Origin: the human T2T-CHM13v2.0 reference genome, Homo sapiens
DNA: 64,000 nucleotides
Strand: one strand, 5' to 3'
Assembly: GCF_009914755.1 (NCBI RefSeq)
Contig: NC_060926.1
Shown here: positions 47,432-64,000 of the stretch, piece by piece
How positions within the stretch are numbered: the stretch's first letter is position 1
How the letters are laid out: each line of letters starts with the position of its first letter
Position numbers and translations under genes: made by a program
The notes under the pieces: model-generated
Databases searched by the model: none
Told to the model about the DNA's origin: nothing
The model's input: the letters and a program-made list of their open reading frames with translations, nothing else

Positions 47432-49074
47432 CAGAATAAAGGTGACAACCAGCATTTGTTGACTATATATTGGGCAAGGTGCTTTGTATACATCTTCTCA
47501 TGGAATCACTGCAATATTCTTGTGACATAGGCACCATTGTCCTCATTTGGAAAAGGAGGCTGAGAGAGGCTCAATAGCAAGCCAGGTTATACTTCTAGTA
47601 AGGGATAGAAGTGGGATTTGAAGAGCATCTACTCCTGGAGAGCCCCCCTTTTGGGCTTTACACAACTCTTTGGAGGGACTCAGGAAGAGGAGAGCTCCTT
47701 CGTGTATATTGCCCATGGATCCTCTCCAGGTGAAGTATTTTGAGGTTCTGAAACCATTATCAGACTTGGCTGTAAATTCCCTCTCCATCTTGGACCTTTT
47801 CCTGTGCTCTTCCAATGGCCCTTTCCAATGGGTAATTAGACCTCAGTTGTCTACATGAGTGAGATCTGCTCAGCATGGAGAGGGCTCTATTTTTCTACAC
47901 CCTTGATAATTTGTAGGTTTGGGAAAGCATGCCCAGTGTGGCTTGTCAGGGCTAACACATATGCCTTCATTCATATGTCAACTTGGCTTCATGGGTAGGG
48001 GCTGCCTGGAGTCCTGGGATGAGAAAGACTACACAATTGCATTCCAACCAATGACATTGAGGGGACTGGTTAATAAATGATTTCTATTAGGAGCTTGGGA
48101 GGTGGGGGGATGTGTGAATGTTCTAAGTACTTGCCATTCTGTGTCTCTCCACAGCCCCTAAACCTGTCTGTCCTAGAACCACTTGAAAGTTAAAATATTG
48201 ATGTCTGGGGCCCACTCCAAATTAGTTAAATCTGAATTTCTAAGGAATAGGACCTAAGCTTCACTTTTTTAAAAAAATTGAATGTGTTAGAATGTATATA
48301 GCCACAATTGAAAAACACCATTAGTCTACACTATCATTAGGCATGTTTGAAAATTCTCTGCCTTGATCCTGCCCTGATCTTGCCTTTGCTACAATATTAA
48401 ATGGGCTCTTATTAACAATGAATATATCTAATTATTCTCTAGATCTTTTATTAGCTTGAATTATTCTTAGATATTCTGCCACATAAAAGTATTTGAATGT
48501 ATAGTCTTTGTGGTTGATGGTCTAATCAGCTAAACTCAAACCTCACTGCAGCTGTGACTAGAAAGTCCTCATTGATGGAGAACCCTAGAGGTCCTTTCAG
48601 AGAAGAAAAAATAATTCAGTGGGCCAAGCTGTAATATTTTGCCTCTGATTCTCAGATTCCTTGTTGGCAAAATGGGAATGCAAAATAAATAAAGAGTCTA
48701 TAGTCAGTACCTAATAAGTATTTGTTGAATGAATAAATTAGTGGAATACAAAATTAAAATACTTGTCTCATCAAACATCTAGAGAAAAAGGAGACAGATA
48801 TAGAGCTAACCCATGCCTGTTATACCATTTAATGCTAGGCGTATGGAAGCAGATACTGTGTCTCTCTAGTTTCACAGGCTCTCAGAGAGAGAGGAACTGT
48901 ACTCTAGGAGCTGCATGTGACTAGTCATTCTCAAGAAGTCCCCACCCCAATACCTGATTTGATGAGATTCTGAACTTTAGTTGATGCTGAAGGGGGAGGA
49001 GATTTTTAGGGATCTTGGCAGGACACAAGTGTATTTTGCATGGGGTGGAGGATGTGAATCACTGGGGGCTGGAG

Positions 49075-49645
49075 GACAGGCTTCCCAGCAGCCCCTAAGA
49101 TGGCCTCCAGTGATCCATGTCTCCTGGTATTCATGCCCTTGTATAATCCTCTCCACTCCCTTATATCTTGGCTGAACCTAATGTCTTGCTCCTAACAAAC
49201 ACAATATGGTGAAACTGATGAACAGCACCTCTGAGAAGTTACAAGAAGAAAATGACTTCCATCCTGCTCACCCTCTCTTGCTCTCTTGCTTTCTTGCTTT
49301 CTTGTTCTGATGGAAGCCAGCAGCCATGTTGTGGGTGTTCTATGAAGAGGCCCAGTAGCAAGAAACCAGAGGCTGGGGGAGTGTCTGACCAAGAGCCAGC
49401 CAAAACCTGAACCTGCTAATAATCACATGAGTGAGCTTGGAAAGGAAGCATCCCTCAGTTGAGCCTTCAGATGAGACCATAGCCTTATATTACTCCTTGA
49501 TTGCAGCCTTTGGGAGACTGTGAGCCAGAAGACCCAGAGAAGCTTTGCCTGGGCTCCTGACTCATAGACACTATCAGAAAAACACTTGCTGTTTTAAGCT
49601 GCTAAGTTCTGGGTTAATTTGTTATTTAGCAATAGATAACTAATA
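49075..49645 (+). mobile_element. MLT1F-like MaLR LTR
   Basis: ctaagatggcctccagtgatcc...cctggtattcatgcccttgtataatcc...ttttaagctgctaagtt...atttgttatttagcaatagataactaata. Confidence 0.85.
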
Positions 49646-49869
49646 TAGAAGAAAAGGGAGAGAACATTTATTGAATCCTTTGCTATGCCCCAGGTACTTT
49701 GTAAACCTTTTTCCATTTCATCCTTAAGTCAACCTGGATGAAAATATTCAGGTTCAGAGATGCTGGGTGAGTGCCAGGGGCAGGATATGAATCACTACTG
49801 TTTGATTTGAAAGCCTGTGCTCATTTCTCTATTCCAGGATGCAAACCAGGAGACGTTTTCTATTCTATG

Positions 49870-49902
<33 letters not shown>

Positions 49903-50202
49903 GTGGCAGGGGGACAGGGTCCTGCTCTGTCATCCAGGCTAGAGTGAAGTGGAGCAATCATGGTTCACTGCAGTCTGAAACTCTTGGGCTCTGGTGATCC
50001 TCCTGCTACGGCCTCCCAAGTAGCTGGGATTATAGGCATGCACCACCACACCTGGATAGTTTTTTTTTCTTTTTAATTTTTATTAGAGACTAGGTCGCAC
50101 TATGTCACCCAGGTTGGTCTCAAACTCCTGAGCTCAAGGGCTTCTTCTGCCTCAGCCCCTACAAAGTGCTAGGATTACAGGTAGGAGCCATGGTGTCCGG
50201 CC
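49870..50202 (-). mobile_element. AluJ
   Basis: (TTTTC)n tail, diverged antisense Alu. Confidence 0.9.
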
Positions 50203-50485
50203 ACATTTTCTCTGTTCGTAAAGTCAGCAGTAGAATAGCTAACATTGTTGCTAAACAGTTTGTATAAAATGAGTAATTATTAGTGCCCCTGCATGCAGCC
50301 ACCTGCTGTTGCTGACCTTCTGTGCCTCTGCAGCCAAACATACATCAGGTACTTATGTATACACACTCCACAGGCACACAGATGCCTCCACAATACACAT
50401 GTGCCCAAGATGCAATTGCAAGCACACAAGTGCACAAATAAGTACACACATGTGTCTTCACAAAGAACTATCTCCACCTTCATTT

Positions 50486-50574
50486 TCTCCCATCCAAGTA
50501 CTAATCAGGTCTGACCCTTTTTAGCTTCCAAGATCAGATGAGATTGGGCATGTTCAGGGTATATGGCTGTAGCC
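50486..50574 (-). pseudogene. RNA5SP: 5S rRNA pseudogene, 3'-truncated (~89 nt)
   Basis: Reverse complement ggctacagccatataccctgaacatgcccaatctcatctgatcttggaagctaaaaagggtcagacctgattagtacttggatgggaga aligns to 5S nt 1-~90 with CpG decay. Confidence 0.93.
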
Positions 50575-50583
50575 TACATCCTC

Positions 50584-50799
<216 letters not shown>

Positions 50800-51867
50800 T
50801 TTTTAAATGAAAGACCCTTTGAGACAGTTCATACCTAAATATGTAAATAGTGCACAAGATTTTGCAGCCTGAACAGAAATGGCCACTATAGTTTTTTCTC
50901 TTTAGCAATTTTCTGTGTGCTGTAAACAAATTTGAAATCTGGCTAGAGACTTCGGAAATCATGTTGACCACTCCCCATATTGTGCAGATGCAGAAATTGA
51001 GGCCCTGAGGGACTTGCCCAAGTACCCCAGCAAAGTGGTGTGAACTGAAGTCCAGGTCTCCCAACTCCCAGTTGACTGTCCTTGCTGTGGCACTGTGGAC
51101 CGTCGGTGGGGAGAACACCCCTGGTCCTTAGGAATCCATTTCTGAAGGACATCAGGAGCACAAACAAGTTCATGCCCTATTGTTCTTTCCACGTAAAAGA
51201 AGTTGATGACATTTATGCTTTTCTCACAATATCCCATTAAGATAGAACATTGTTGAATTATTTGTGGATTAAATACAGATGTGCAGGGATTTTAGGGCCC
51301 TGATTGATTTTCTGTTGAAAGAAGCGAAAGGAATGTTAATTTACAACTGACAAATGTTAGCTCTTAGGAGGAGGCAAAACAGCATTTCGAAGGCCTGTTT
51401 TTTGTTTGGTTTTGGTATTTCATGAAAGAGATTTTTCTGTGCAAAGTGGCAGGAAGCCATTTTCAACAAGAGCTAAAGGGAATGAAGATTTAAAAAATGG
51501 ACCAAAAACAAACTCAAAGGTGCCAGGCCTTTGTTACTGCAAGCCCCTCTTGCAGGATGAGAGGCTGCTAAAACAAAATCAATAATTTAAGCAACTTTCT
51601 GTCCCTCTCTCCCCTGCTATTCTGGTAAAATGATTTGACATTTCAGACAACAAGGAATGAACATCAGACCAGGAAGAAAAGGGCTTGGTTATGAGTCCCA
51701 GTTGTGTGATTTTAAGTACATGATTAAACGTTTATTAATTTGGTTCTCTCATCTCTAATAATGAAACCATCACTCTTACATCTTGAGTGTAAAAAATGCT
51801 CATTTACTAGAACTCACCCTGTATCAGATGCCACATTAGGATTTGTGCAGAGTGATCTCATTAATTC

Positions 51868-52174
51868 CTTTTTTTTTTTTTTGAGATGGAATTTCACTCT
51901 TGTCACCCAGGCTGGAGTGCAATGGTGCAATCTTGGCTCACTGCAACCTCTCTCTGCCACCCGGTTTTGGTTTCAAGCGATTCTCCTGCCTCAGCCTCCC
52001 GAGTAGCTGGGATTACAGGTGCCCACCGCCATGCCCGGCTAATTTTTTGTATTATTAGTAGAGACGGGGTTTCACCATGTTGGTCAGGCTGGTCTCGAAC
52101 TCCTGACTTCAGGTGATCCACCCACCTCGGCCTCAAGTGCTAGGATTGCAGGTGGGAGCCACCATGCCCAGCCT
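51868..52174 (-). mobile_element. AluS
   Basis: Full-length antisense. Confidence 0.93.
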
Positions 52175-52669
52175 CGTTAATTCTTTATAGCAGCCTTGTG
52201 AGGGGGTCTGTTCATTCTCACTGTACAGCTAAAGGTGCTGAGGCTCAGAAAACTCAAGCTCGTCGCTCAGGGTCACACAGCTAAGAAGTGACAAGGTGGA
52301 GATTTAAACCTATGCTTGTCTGGCTAGGCACTGTCTTATATAGTAAGAGTGTGGGGATGACAGATTGCAAAACAAAGCAAAATAAAACTCACAAGCTCTG
52401 AAGATGTAGTGACTGCCTACTCTGCCCCTGTGCTAGTGACCCAGAGTTAAAGATGGGTTCTCATCATGGTCTCTGCTTCTGTGGATCCCTCAGTGGCTTG
52501 AGAGGAAAGCAAACCTGGTGGTGGCAACGAGGGCATCTAATATTTTGGATTCCATTTTGGACTCATGTTTAAAGTGCATATGGGCTATACAGGTGGGTGT
52601 ATGAGCCGAGGACAAGAGCAGAGGTCTGGGTTTGGGACCAACATCACCAAAGATGATAGCCAACACTGA

Positions 52670-53035
<366 letters not shown>

Positions 53036-54302
53036 TGCATTAACCCATTCTATCTTCAGACTGATGCTGTGAGGCTGCTGTCCTTACCCTGCTGTACAGA
53101 GCAGTGAGAAAACTTGCTTGTAGGTGAAAGTTAAAACTTCAAGGAGGATTCTTCTTGAAAGCCATCCGAAGGTTTTTCTATTTGGTGATTCATGATCAAT
53201 CTTATGCCCCAAGTCCCCACATTCCCTCTATTTTGAGTCACTCTGTCTCGTAAGAGCCCCTGGTGCCTTTATTTTGCTTCATTTGAATTCTGGATTCAGC
53301 ATGCATCAGAAATGTTCTCCCTGAGAGCTGGAAAGCATTTTTGTGATGGCTGGGCTGCAGGGCCATTAAGAAAATACCTTTGCACACCAACAAAAAAGAC
53401 TAAAGCCTTAATTGCTGATCCAAAAGGCAACAGGAAAGGATGCACCACTGCATATATGGTGAGGGATGCATTGCCTTGGTCAGGGCACAGGTCCTCTGTC
53501 CCTGAGTCCTGTTTCCTTGTGTGGGTAGAGGGCATTTTCACACTCTCTGTCCCCAAAAGACCTCAGGGGGAACTAAAGAGCAGCATGAGCAGGGGGCCAT
53601 GGTCATGGGCATTGACTGGGTGCTTGCTGCATGCAAAGGCTCTGTGTTAAGCACCTTGGGAACACTAACTCATTTACTGTCCCAACAAATCCAGGATGTA
53701 GGTACAAGTAATAGTCCCACTTTACAGGTGACAAAAATGAGGAATAGAGAGGTTTGGTGATTTGCTCAAGATCACACAGTATGTGTGGCACAGCTGAGAT
53801 TCTGACCCACAGGTGAAACTCTTGAGCTTATTCTTCTCACTGAACCCCCTGCCTCTCATGGTTATGTGGCTCATGCTCCCATAGCCTTAAGTCCTGAGGC
53901 TAAGGAAGGGTCCTCAGATAAAAGACGTCAATTTCTGTGTCTTTTTTGAGCAGGCTTCATGAACATCAACACTCATTTGAGGTTACTGAGAGCATTTGCC
54001 TGGCCTTAACATTGTCATCCCAAAGCTGTTTGCCAATTCATTCCCATCTTCACAGCCCTGTCTTTCTCCAGTAGGCTTGGTCTGTGGTTCTAATGAACAC
54101 AGGAGGCTTGGTTCATTCGGATGCAGGAAGTGAGGAGGAATAACATGAAGGGGATTGACCAGATGCCTCAATTCTAATCAGCTGAATGGAGATACTTATG
54201 ATACCTCCTTATGCAGTGCTGTAAGGATTAGATGGGATTCTTTATATAAAGGACTTAGAACAATACCTGGCATGTTGTTAGTACTCAATTAACTTTATAC
54301 AA

Positions 54303-54745
54303 TATATTAGTCAGGCTTTGTTGTGATGATGCCACATAAAAAGTAATCCCCAAATCTCAATGCTAACAACAACAAACATTTACTTCTCATTTCCATAGGT
54401 CAGCTGTGGTTCTACAGGGCTCTTCTGGGCTGGCTAGATTCAGATGGGCCTGGATCTGGGTGGTGAATTGGGTTCCTATTTGCTTCACTTGGCTCTCAGA
54501 AGAGGATCCAGGGGAGTAGCAGCAGCTATCTGAAGCATGTTCATCTCATGCTGGAGGATAGGATCACCAGAGGCCATGCAGGAATATTTAACGCCTCTGC
54601 TTGGATGTGGCATTCACTGAGTCACTCACATTCCATTAGCTGAAGCAAGTCACATGGCTAAGCCCAATGTCAGTGGGGTGGGGAAGTACACCACTTCCAT
54701 TGAAAGGAGGGAAAACAGATGTTTGCTGAACAATAATACAATACT
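54303..54745 (-). mobile_element. MLT1 (J/K-like) LTR
   Basis: tatattagtcagg...ccccaaatctcaatg...ctcacattccattagctgaagcaagtcacatggctaagcccaatgtcagtggggtggggaagtac. Confidence 0.75.
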
Positions 54746-54793
54746 ATGATCTATCACAATACTATGATCTACCATTATACTATGATCTACCAT
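54740..54793. repeat. 18-bp tandem repeat x3
   Basis: aatactatgatctatcac / aatactatgatctaccat / tatactatgatctaccat. Confidence 0.9.
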
Positions 54794-55523
54794 TAACATT
54801 TCTTGAATGCCTAATAGCTCTCAGGAAGTGTTCCAAGAATCATGGATTCTAGAGATGAATCACATAGCAGCTCTGCTGTCTGCTCTCAAGGGTGCCCTCA
54901 CTACAGAGTGTGGTCACTGCAATGACAAAGGTGGCCCCAGGACAACTTAACCTCTCCTGAACTATTTTAATTCTCACAATTTCCTTGTAACCCCAGTATC
55001 ACTATCCCTATTTTATAGACAAATAAACTGGGACTCAGAGAGGTTCAGTAATTTTCTTTTGCCCCCATGGCTAGAAAATGGCTAAGCCTAGTACCAAATC
55101 CCTGTGTGATTGTTCCAGGGTTCTGTTCTTTGCATGACAACTCTGGACTCAAGTATGTAGGCAGAGACATTAGAATTGAGACAGAGACTGACCAAAACTC
55201 TCATATCTTGGCAGGAGCCCAAGTCTGCATATGTATGAACCTCATCCATATATATGCAAGCTGTGGCTGAGACATCTGTAACCTAGACTTTCATAGCTGG
55301 GCTACTAACTTCAATCATCTGAAGGAAGATTCAAGTTATAAACTGCCACCAATTCAGTGAATTATCCATAAACTTGTTTCTATATTGCCCTATGATGCTC
55401 AGTTCAAGCCCAAGTCAAATGCTCCCTCCTGAAAACTTCTCTGATTCCCTAGCCACCAGTTTCTGCCTGTGTTGCCTGTCCACAGCACCAAACACTTAAG
55501 ACACTTTCTCCATGATCCTATAA

Positions 55524-55587
55524 TTTTTTTTTATTTTTTTGAAACAGGGTCTCACTCTGTCACCCCGGCTAGAGTGCAGTGGTGCAC
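55524..55587 (-). mobile_element. severely 5'-truncated Alu
   Basis: polyT + ~45 nt of Alu 3' end, flanked by tgatcctataa / tgatcctacaa. Confidence 0.8.
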
Positions 55588-56954
55588 GTGATCCTACAAC
55601 CTTGATGTATATATTTTAGGCAATCACTGCTCACAGGAAGCCCATATTCTCCTATTCCACCTCCACAGTCCCCAGAGTTCCAGCCCAGTGCTTGGCATTC
55701 AGCAGGGGCTAGATGAAAGTGTGTGGAATGAGTGAATGAACGACGGATGGATAGAGGCTGCTGGGTCCTTAGGAAAGAGAGCAGATGAGATTTATTTTTT
55801 ATTTTTGTCCATATCTCCTCTTTGGTCCTTTGGAGGGATTTTAGTCAGGATGGGTCTGGTGCAACCAGGTGATCCAAGGGTTATAGGCACAGAGGGAAGT
55901 AACTGGAGCTCCCTTTTGGTACCACAGTAAACACTGGTGTTGGAATGCCATTGTCTTATCTTCTGAGAAGTAGCAGGAGGCTTCCATATTCTTGTGTTTC
56001 GTCAACTGGCTCTAATCATTAAGCTAAATACTCAGCTTATGCAATGCACTTAGCCCAGCTGGTTTAGAAGTGGCACCTTCCCAATCAGTCTAGAGCATTT
56101 GGGTGGTCACTGTATTCCAACATTCACTACAATTAGGGACTGCCAGAAAAGCCTGATTGTCTTCACTGGTTATTTATAACCAAATCATAGTAGCAATCAT
56201 TATGTAAAAAGAGCTGTTTCTCCACGCCCCCAACTTCTCTGCCTCGCCCACTCCCAATGTCAGTCCTTCCATTTTATTTAATGCTTCTGGCTGCAGTGAT
56301 TAGATGTAATGAGAGTGATAGGGCTTTGAGGTGGAAAGTGCTAGAGGCAAAGGAGTTTTGTTATTCTCATCCTTAGAGACACAGAATTCAAGAGGTAAAG
56401 GGGACTTAGAGATTTCTAGTCCAGCAGTCACATGCTATAGATGGGAAAACTTGAGGATCAAAGTTAGGTAGCTTCATGAAAAGGGCATAAATGTGGAAAT
56501 CCAAGACTCCAGTTCTAACTGAGGCTTAATCACAGATAATGTGTGTGATCTTGAGCTACTTGCTTAGTGTCTCTGGGTCTGAGTTTTCCTTTCTAGAAGA
56601 TGGGGAAACTAATACGTATTCTGGAGTGATTAGAGATAAGGTGTAGAAGTAGCCAGGTGTATGGCAGCTGGTACAATGGATTCCATAGTAAAGGAGTTGA
56701 TGGCAGCATCACTGCATCACTGCTCTCTTCCCATCACTCCACATTGCCTTCAACTAGCTGAGTGCTCCTGCTGACGAACCGACTCCTATGTTCCCTGGCT
56801 CTCAACATGACTCAGTTTGACTTTTCATAAGTGCAGGTAAGCAAGATAAAATGGGAGTTCTTTTTCCTCTCTACAGACGGAAAATACCAGCAGGAGACCA
56901 GCCAAGTAGAGCTGGGGGAAGTCTTGAGACTCACCCTATGGTCTCCATGACCTT

Positions 56955-57335
56955 TGTCTTAGTTCCTTTGAGCCGCTAAAACAAAATACCTTAGATTGGG
57001 TAATTTATAAACAACAGAAGTTTATTTATTTATTATTATTTTTTTTTTTTGCAGTTTCAGAGGCTGGGAAGTCTAAGATCAAGGCATCTGCAGATTCAGT
57101 GTCTTGGTGAGGGCTTGCTCTCTGCTTTAAGATGGTGCCTTCTTGCTATGTCCTCATGTGGTGGAAGGGGTCATTTGTTCATCTTCATTTCTTTTATAAG
57201 GTCATTAATCCCATTCAGAAGGGCTCTGTCCAAATGCCTTAATCAGCTCCTAAATGCCCCACCTCTTAAAACTATCACCTTGATTAAGTTTCCACATATG
57301 AAATTTGGAGAGACACAGACTTTCAGACCATGGTA
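56955..57335 (-). mobile_element. MLT1A-like MaLR LTR
   Basis: tgtcttagtt...aacaaaataccttagattgggtaatttataaacaacagaa...ggctgggaagtctaagatcaaggca...ttcagaccatggta. Confidence 0.88.
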
Positions 57336-57504
57336 GTCCCCATCCTCTGATGTGGACCAGCAGCACACTCACAGTCTTACATAAATGACTCTGCAAGTGC
57401 AGCTTTCTGAGCTCCACTCCAATTGTCCCTCTCCCCACCTCCATAGCAGTTTTGGTGAAGCCCTATTTAATTTCATGATCTACAGGTAGATTTGATAGAT
57501 GGTG

Positions 57505-57830
57505 TTATGGTACCAGGAGTGGGGAGCAGCCAAAACACAAACCCTAAAATATGTGGCTCTAGGGCCAGATGGCAGTCAGCAAGAGAACCGTTACTGAGGG
57601 TTGGAAAGATGGTAATCTATCTTATGCAGTGGTGAAATATTTGGTAAAGCTGTTGTAGGAATAACTTGAAGGGCGGATGATGTGCTGAAGGAACTTGAAG
57701 CTTAAGGTGAAAAGATGGGGAAACTGAACGTTAGTAACATCCCTTGGTCACTACTGTAAGAAAGAGATGAGCTCAGAAAAGAATTGGCTAAATTGTAAGC
57801 AGGTATAAAAAGAAGTAGAGAGGGTCCAGG
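57505..57830 (+). mobile_element. MLT1 internal fragment
   Basis: tggtaccaggagtgggg...ccctaaaatatgtgg...gggttggaaagatggtaatctatcttatgcagtggtgaaatatttggtaaagctg. Confidence 0.6.
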
Positions 57831-59711
57831 ACTTCTGGAGTCCCATTTCTCCCAGGAAGGGGCCTGCCTCAGTATCCCTGCCAAGCTCAGTTACTGGCTG
57901 GGAGCTGCTTGTGGGAATCACTTCCCTCTGACTGTGACTCAGTCATACTCTAAAGTACGACATGACTCTTCCTTGCAGAGATCTGGACATATACAGTGTC
58001 CAGTCACACGGACAGATGCAGCTTCTGTGGTCACTCTAGATGATGCTAACTTCCTTATGCTGGCATGCTATCCTCATAATGCAGGCTGCAGTTAACTATT
58101 TTAAAAGTTAACATGGTAAGCAGAAGTGATTCCTCTTTGGCTTGAACATGGACTGTTTGGAGGGCACTGGAGAGAACCAAAAGAGGGACAAGTTTTGAGT
58201 GCTTGTCATGTAAGAAACAGGAAAGAAAATGCGGCATAATTACCTGTCTCTGGGGAGAGGAGCAGGATTGCTTTTGTTCCTCCAAGTAGGCAGAAACAGA
58301 AACACTGGGCAGCTGGTACAGAGAGACGGGTTTTGAGAGGCAGTACTCTCCCAGCAGCACTGTCTAGCCAGCTGTCTGCCCGAGTCTGGGGTTGCTAGTG
58401 CCTTCTGCAGGATTACCCTATAGGAGGCATTTCCAGGGTGCTGATGTGGACTCATGCCAGAGGTGACAGTGTCAGCCATCCATGGTGGAAACACAAAAAT
58501 AAGGACACTTAATGAGCTTGGCCCAAGCTATTACATTTTCATCTCTGAGGTTATATTTCCCACGCCTTTACCGTTGAATGTCCTTTTATCAAAATAGTAG
58601 TCATTGTTTAAGTGATATCTCTATGTTAAACCTTACATTTTTTTCTTTTTAATTTTATTGATTTGTGAAATCCTAAAGTCTTGAAACTCCTAAGCTAGCT
58701 GACTTTTCAGATCTGGGATCTCTTTTATCTCTAAATGATTATGATTCCTGACTTTTTTTTGATATAAACACTCAACTGCCATTTAGAGTGCTCATGATAG
58801 GGAATAGATGCTGCATTTGTTCATGTTGAAATACTGAGGCTCAAGTACCTGTCAGAAGGAGTTTATTATATTTTCTAGGCTCTCTGAAATTACATCAGAA
58901 AAATGTGAATTAGAATATAACCCATAAATAATATCTGGCCACATGCAAAGTAATTGAAGATCAATTGAAATAGCTATTGGATTAAGAAATAGAGACTGAG
59001 GTAAATTTACAGGGTCAGGGAGGATCTAAGGAGGAAGCATTGACACTGGAGCCCAGGGACCTGGGATTACAGAACAGATTCTACCAGTGCTAACTTACTG
59101 CTCCAGAGAAAATATCAATTCTGCTCATCCGCAGGTACTATTCATCAAGAAAGGGATTACAAGTTCACAAATGTGTTCAAAATGTACCCATACTTCGATA
59201 TATTAATGAAGTAATCACATTCTACACATAACTACTCCATATGGAATACTGGGGTGGGGGTGTTCCAAATAAAGAGACTGAGGATTTCTCATGAGAACTC
59301 AGTGTCTGCTAGAAAATATCTAAGTAAAATATTTTACTTATGTGGAAGGTGTGGATGTTTGTGCATCACAAGTTTCAAGAATCCCTAAAATGTACAATGG
59401 AGATGAGGAGAAAATATCAGAATTTCCCAGCACCAGAAATGAGGCAAGAAAAAATTCAGAGGAGTTGTAAATGTGAAAAGCCAATGGCTGGTCACGCAGC
59501 AACATTGATAACCTTGTGCCAGGACAACTAGAATAAATACATAAACATACAGATTGAAAGTATTTCCAATATTAGATCTCCCTCATGTGAGAACTAAATT
59601 ATAAAGATTGAAGCATATAAGAAAATAAGCTACCAGAATTTAGGCTACCAGAATAAATTCGATTACACATAAATTTCTGATATTGAAATTCTCACAAATG
59701 TTTAAGTTGGT

Positions 59712-64000
<4,289 letters not shown>

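Noticed and set aside
54740-54793. Repeat array considered as CRISPR-like
   Set aside because: Three adjacent units with no spacers, eukaryotic context; ordinary minisatellite at an LTR end

Overview
Primate (very likely human) genomic DNA from a pericentromeric segmental-duplication mosaic; I see no intact protein-coding gene. In order: (1) a processed NKAIN1 pseudogene on the minus strand (~0.9-2.3 kb); (2) an AT-rich block with LTR/DNA-transposon fragments and a possible orphan 3'UTR (3-7.5 kb); (3) an unprocessed partial KMT2C/MLL3 duplicate on the plus strand, nine exons (about exons 15-23, 10.6-28.9 kb) covering PHD4-PHD6, with three nonsense codons in one exon; (4) an abrupt junction at a half-Alu (~37.58 kb) into a copy of the DRD5 locus with its CpG-island promoter and a dopamine D5 receptor pseudogene (39521-40964); (5) repeat-rich flank with a truncated 5S rRNA pseudogene; (6) a degraded L1PB-like LINE running off the end. 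This NKAIN1P-KMT2CP-DRD5P arrangement matches what I recall at human 2p11 and 1q21; I cannot tell which copy this is. I found no demonstrably new biological system. The best speculative leads are a possible 113-aa PHD4-PHD5-only ORF in the KMT2C copy, a splice acceptor at the KMT2C/DRD5 junction, and an open antisense ORF over the NKAIN1 retrocopy. Parental sequences, exon numbers, residue numbers and repeat subfamilies are from memory, not database searches; repeat boundaries are approximate.
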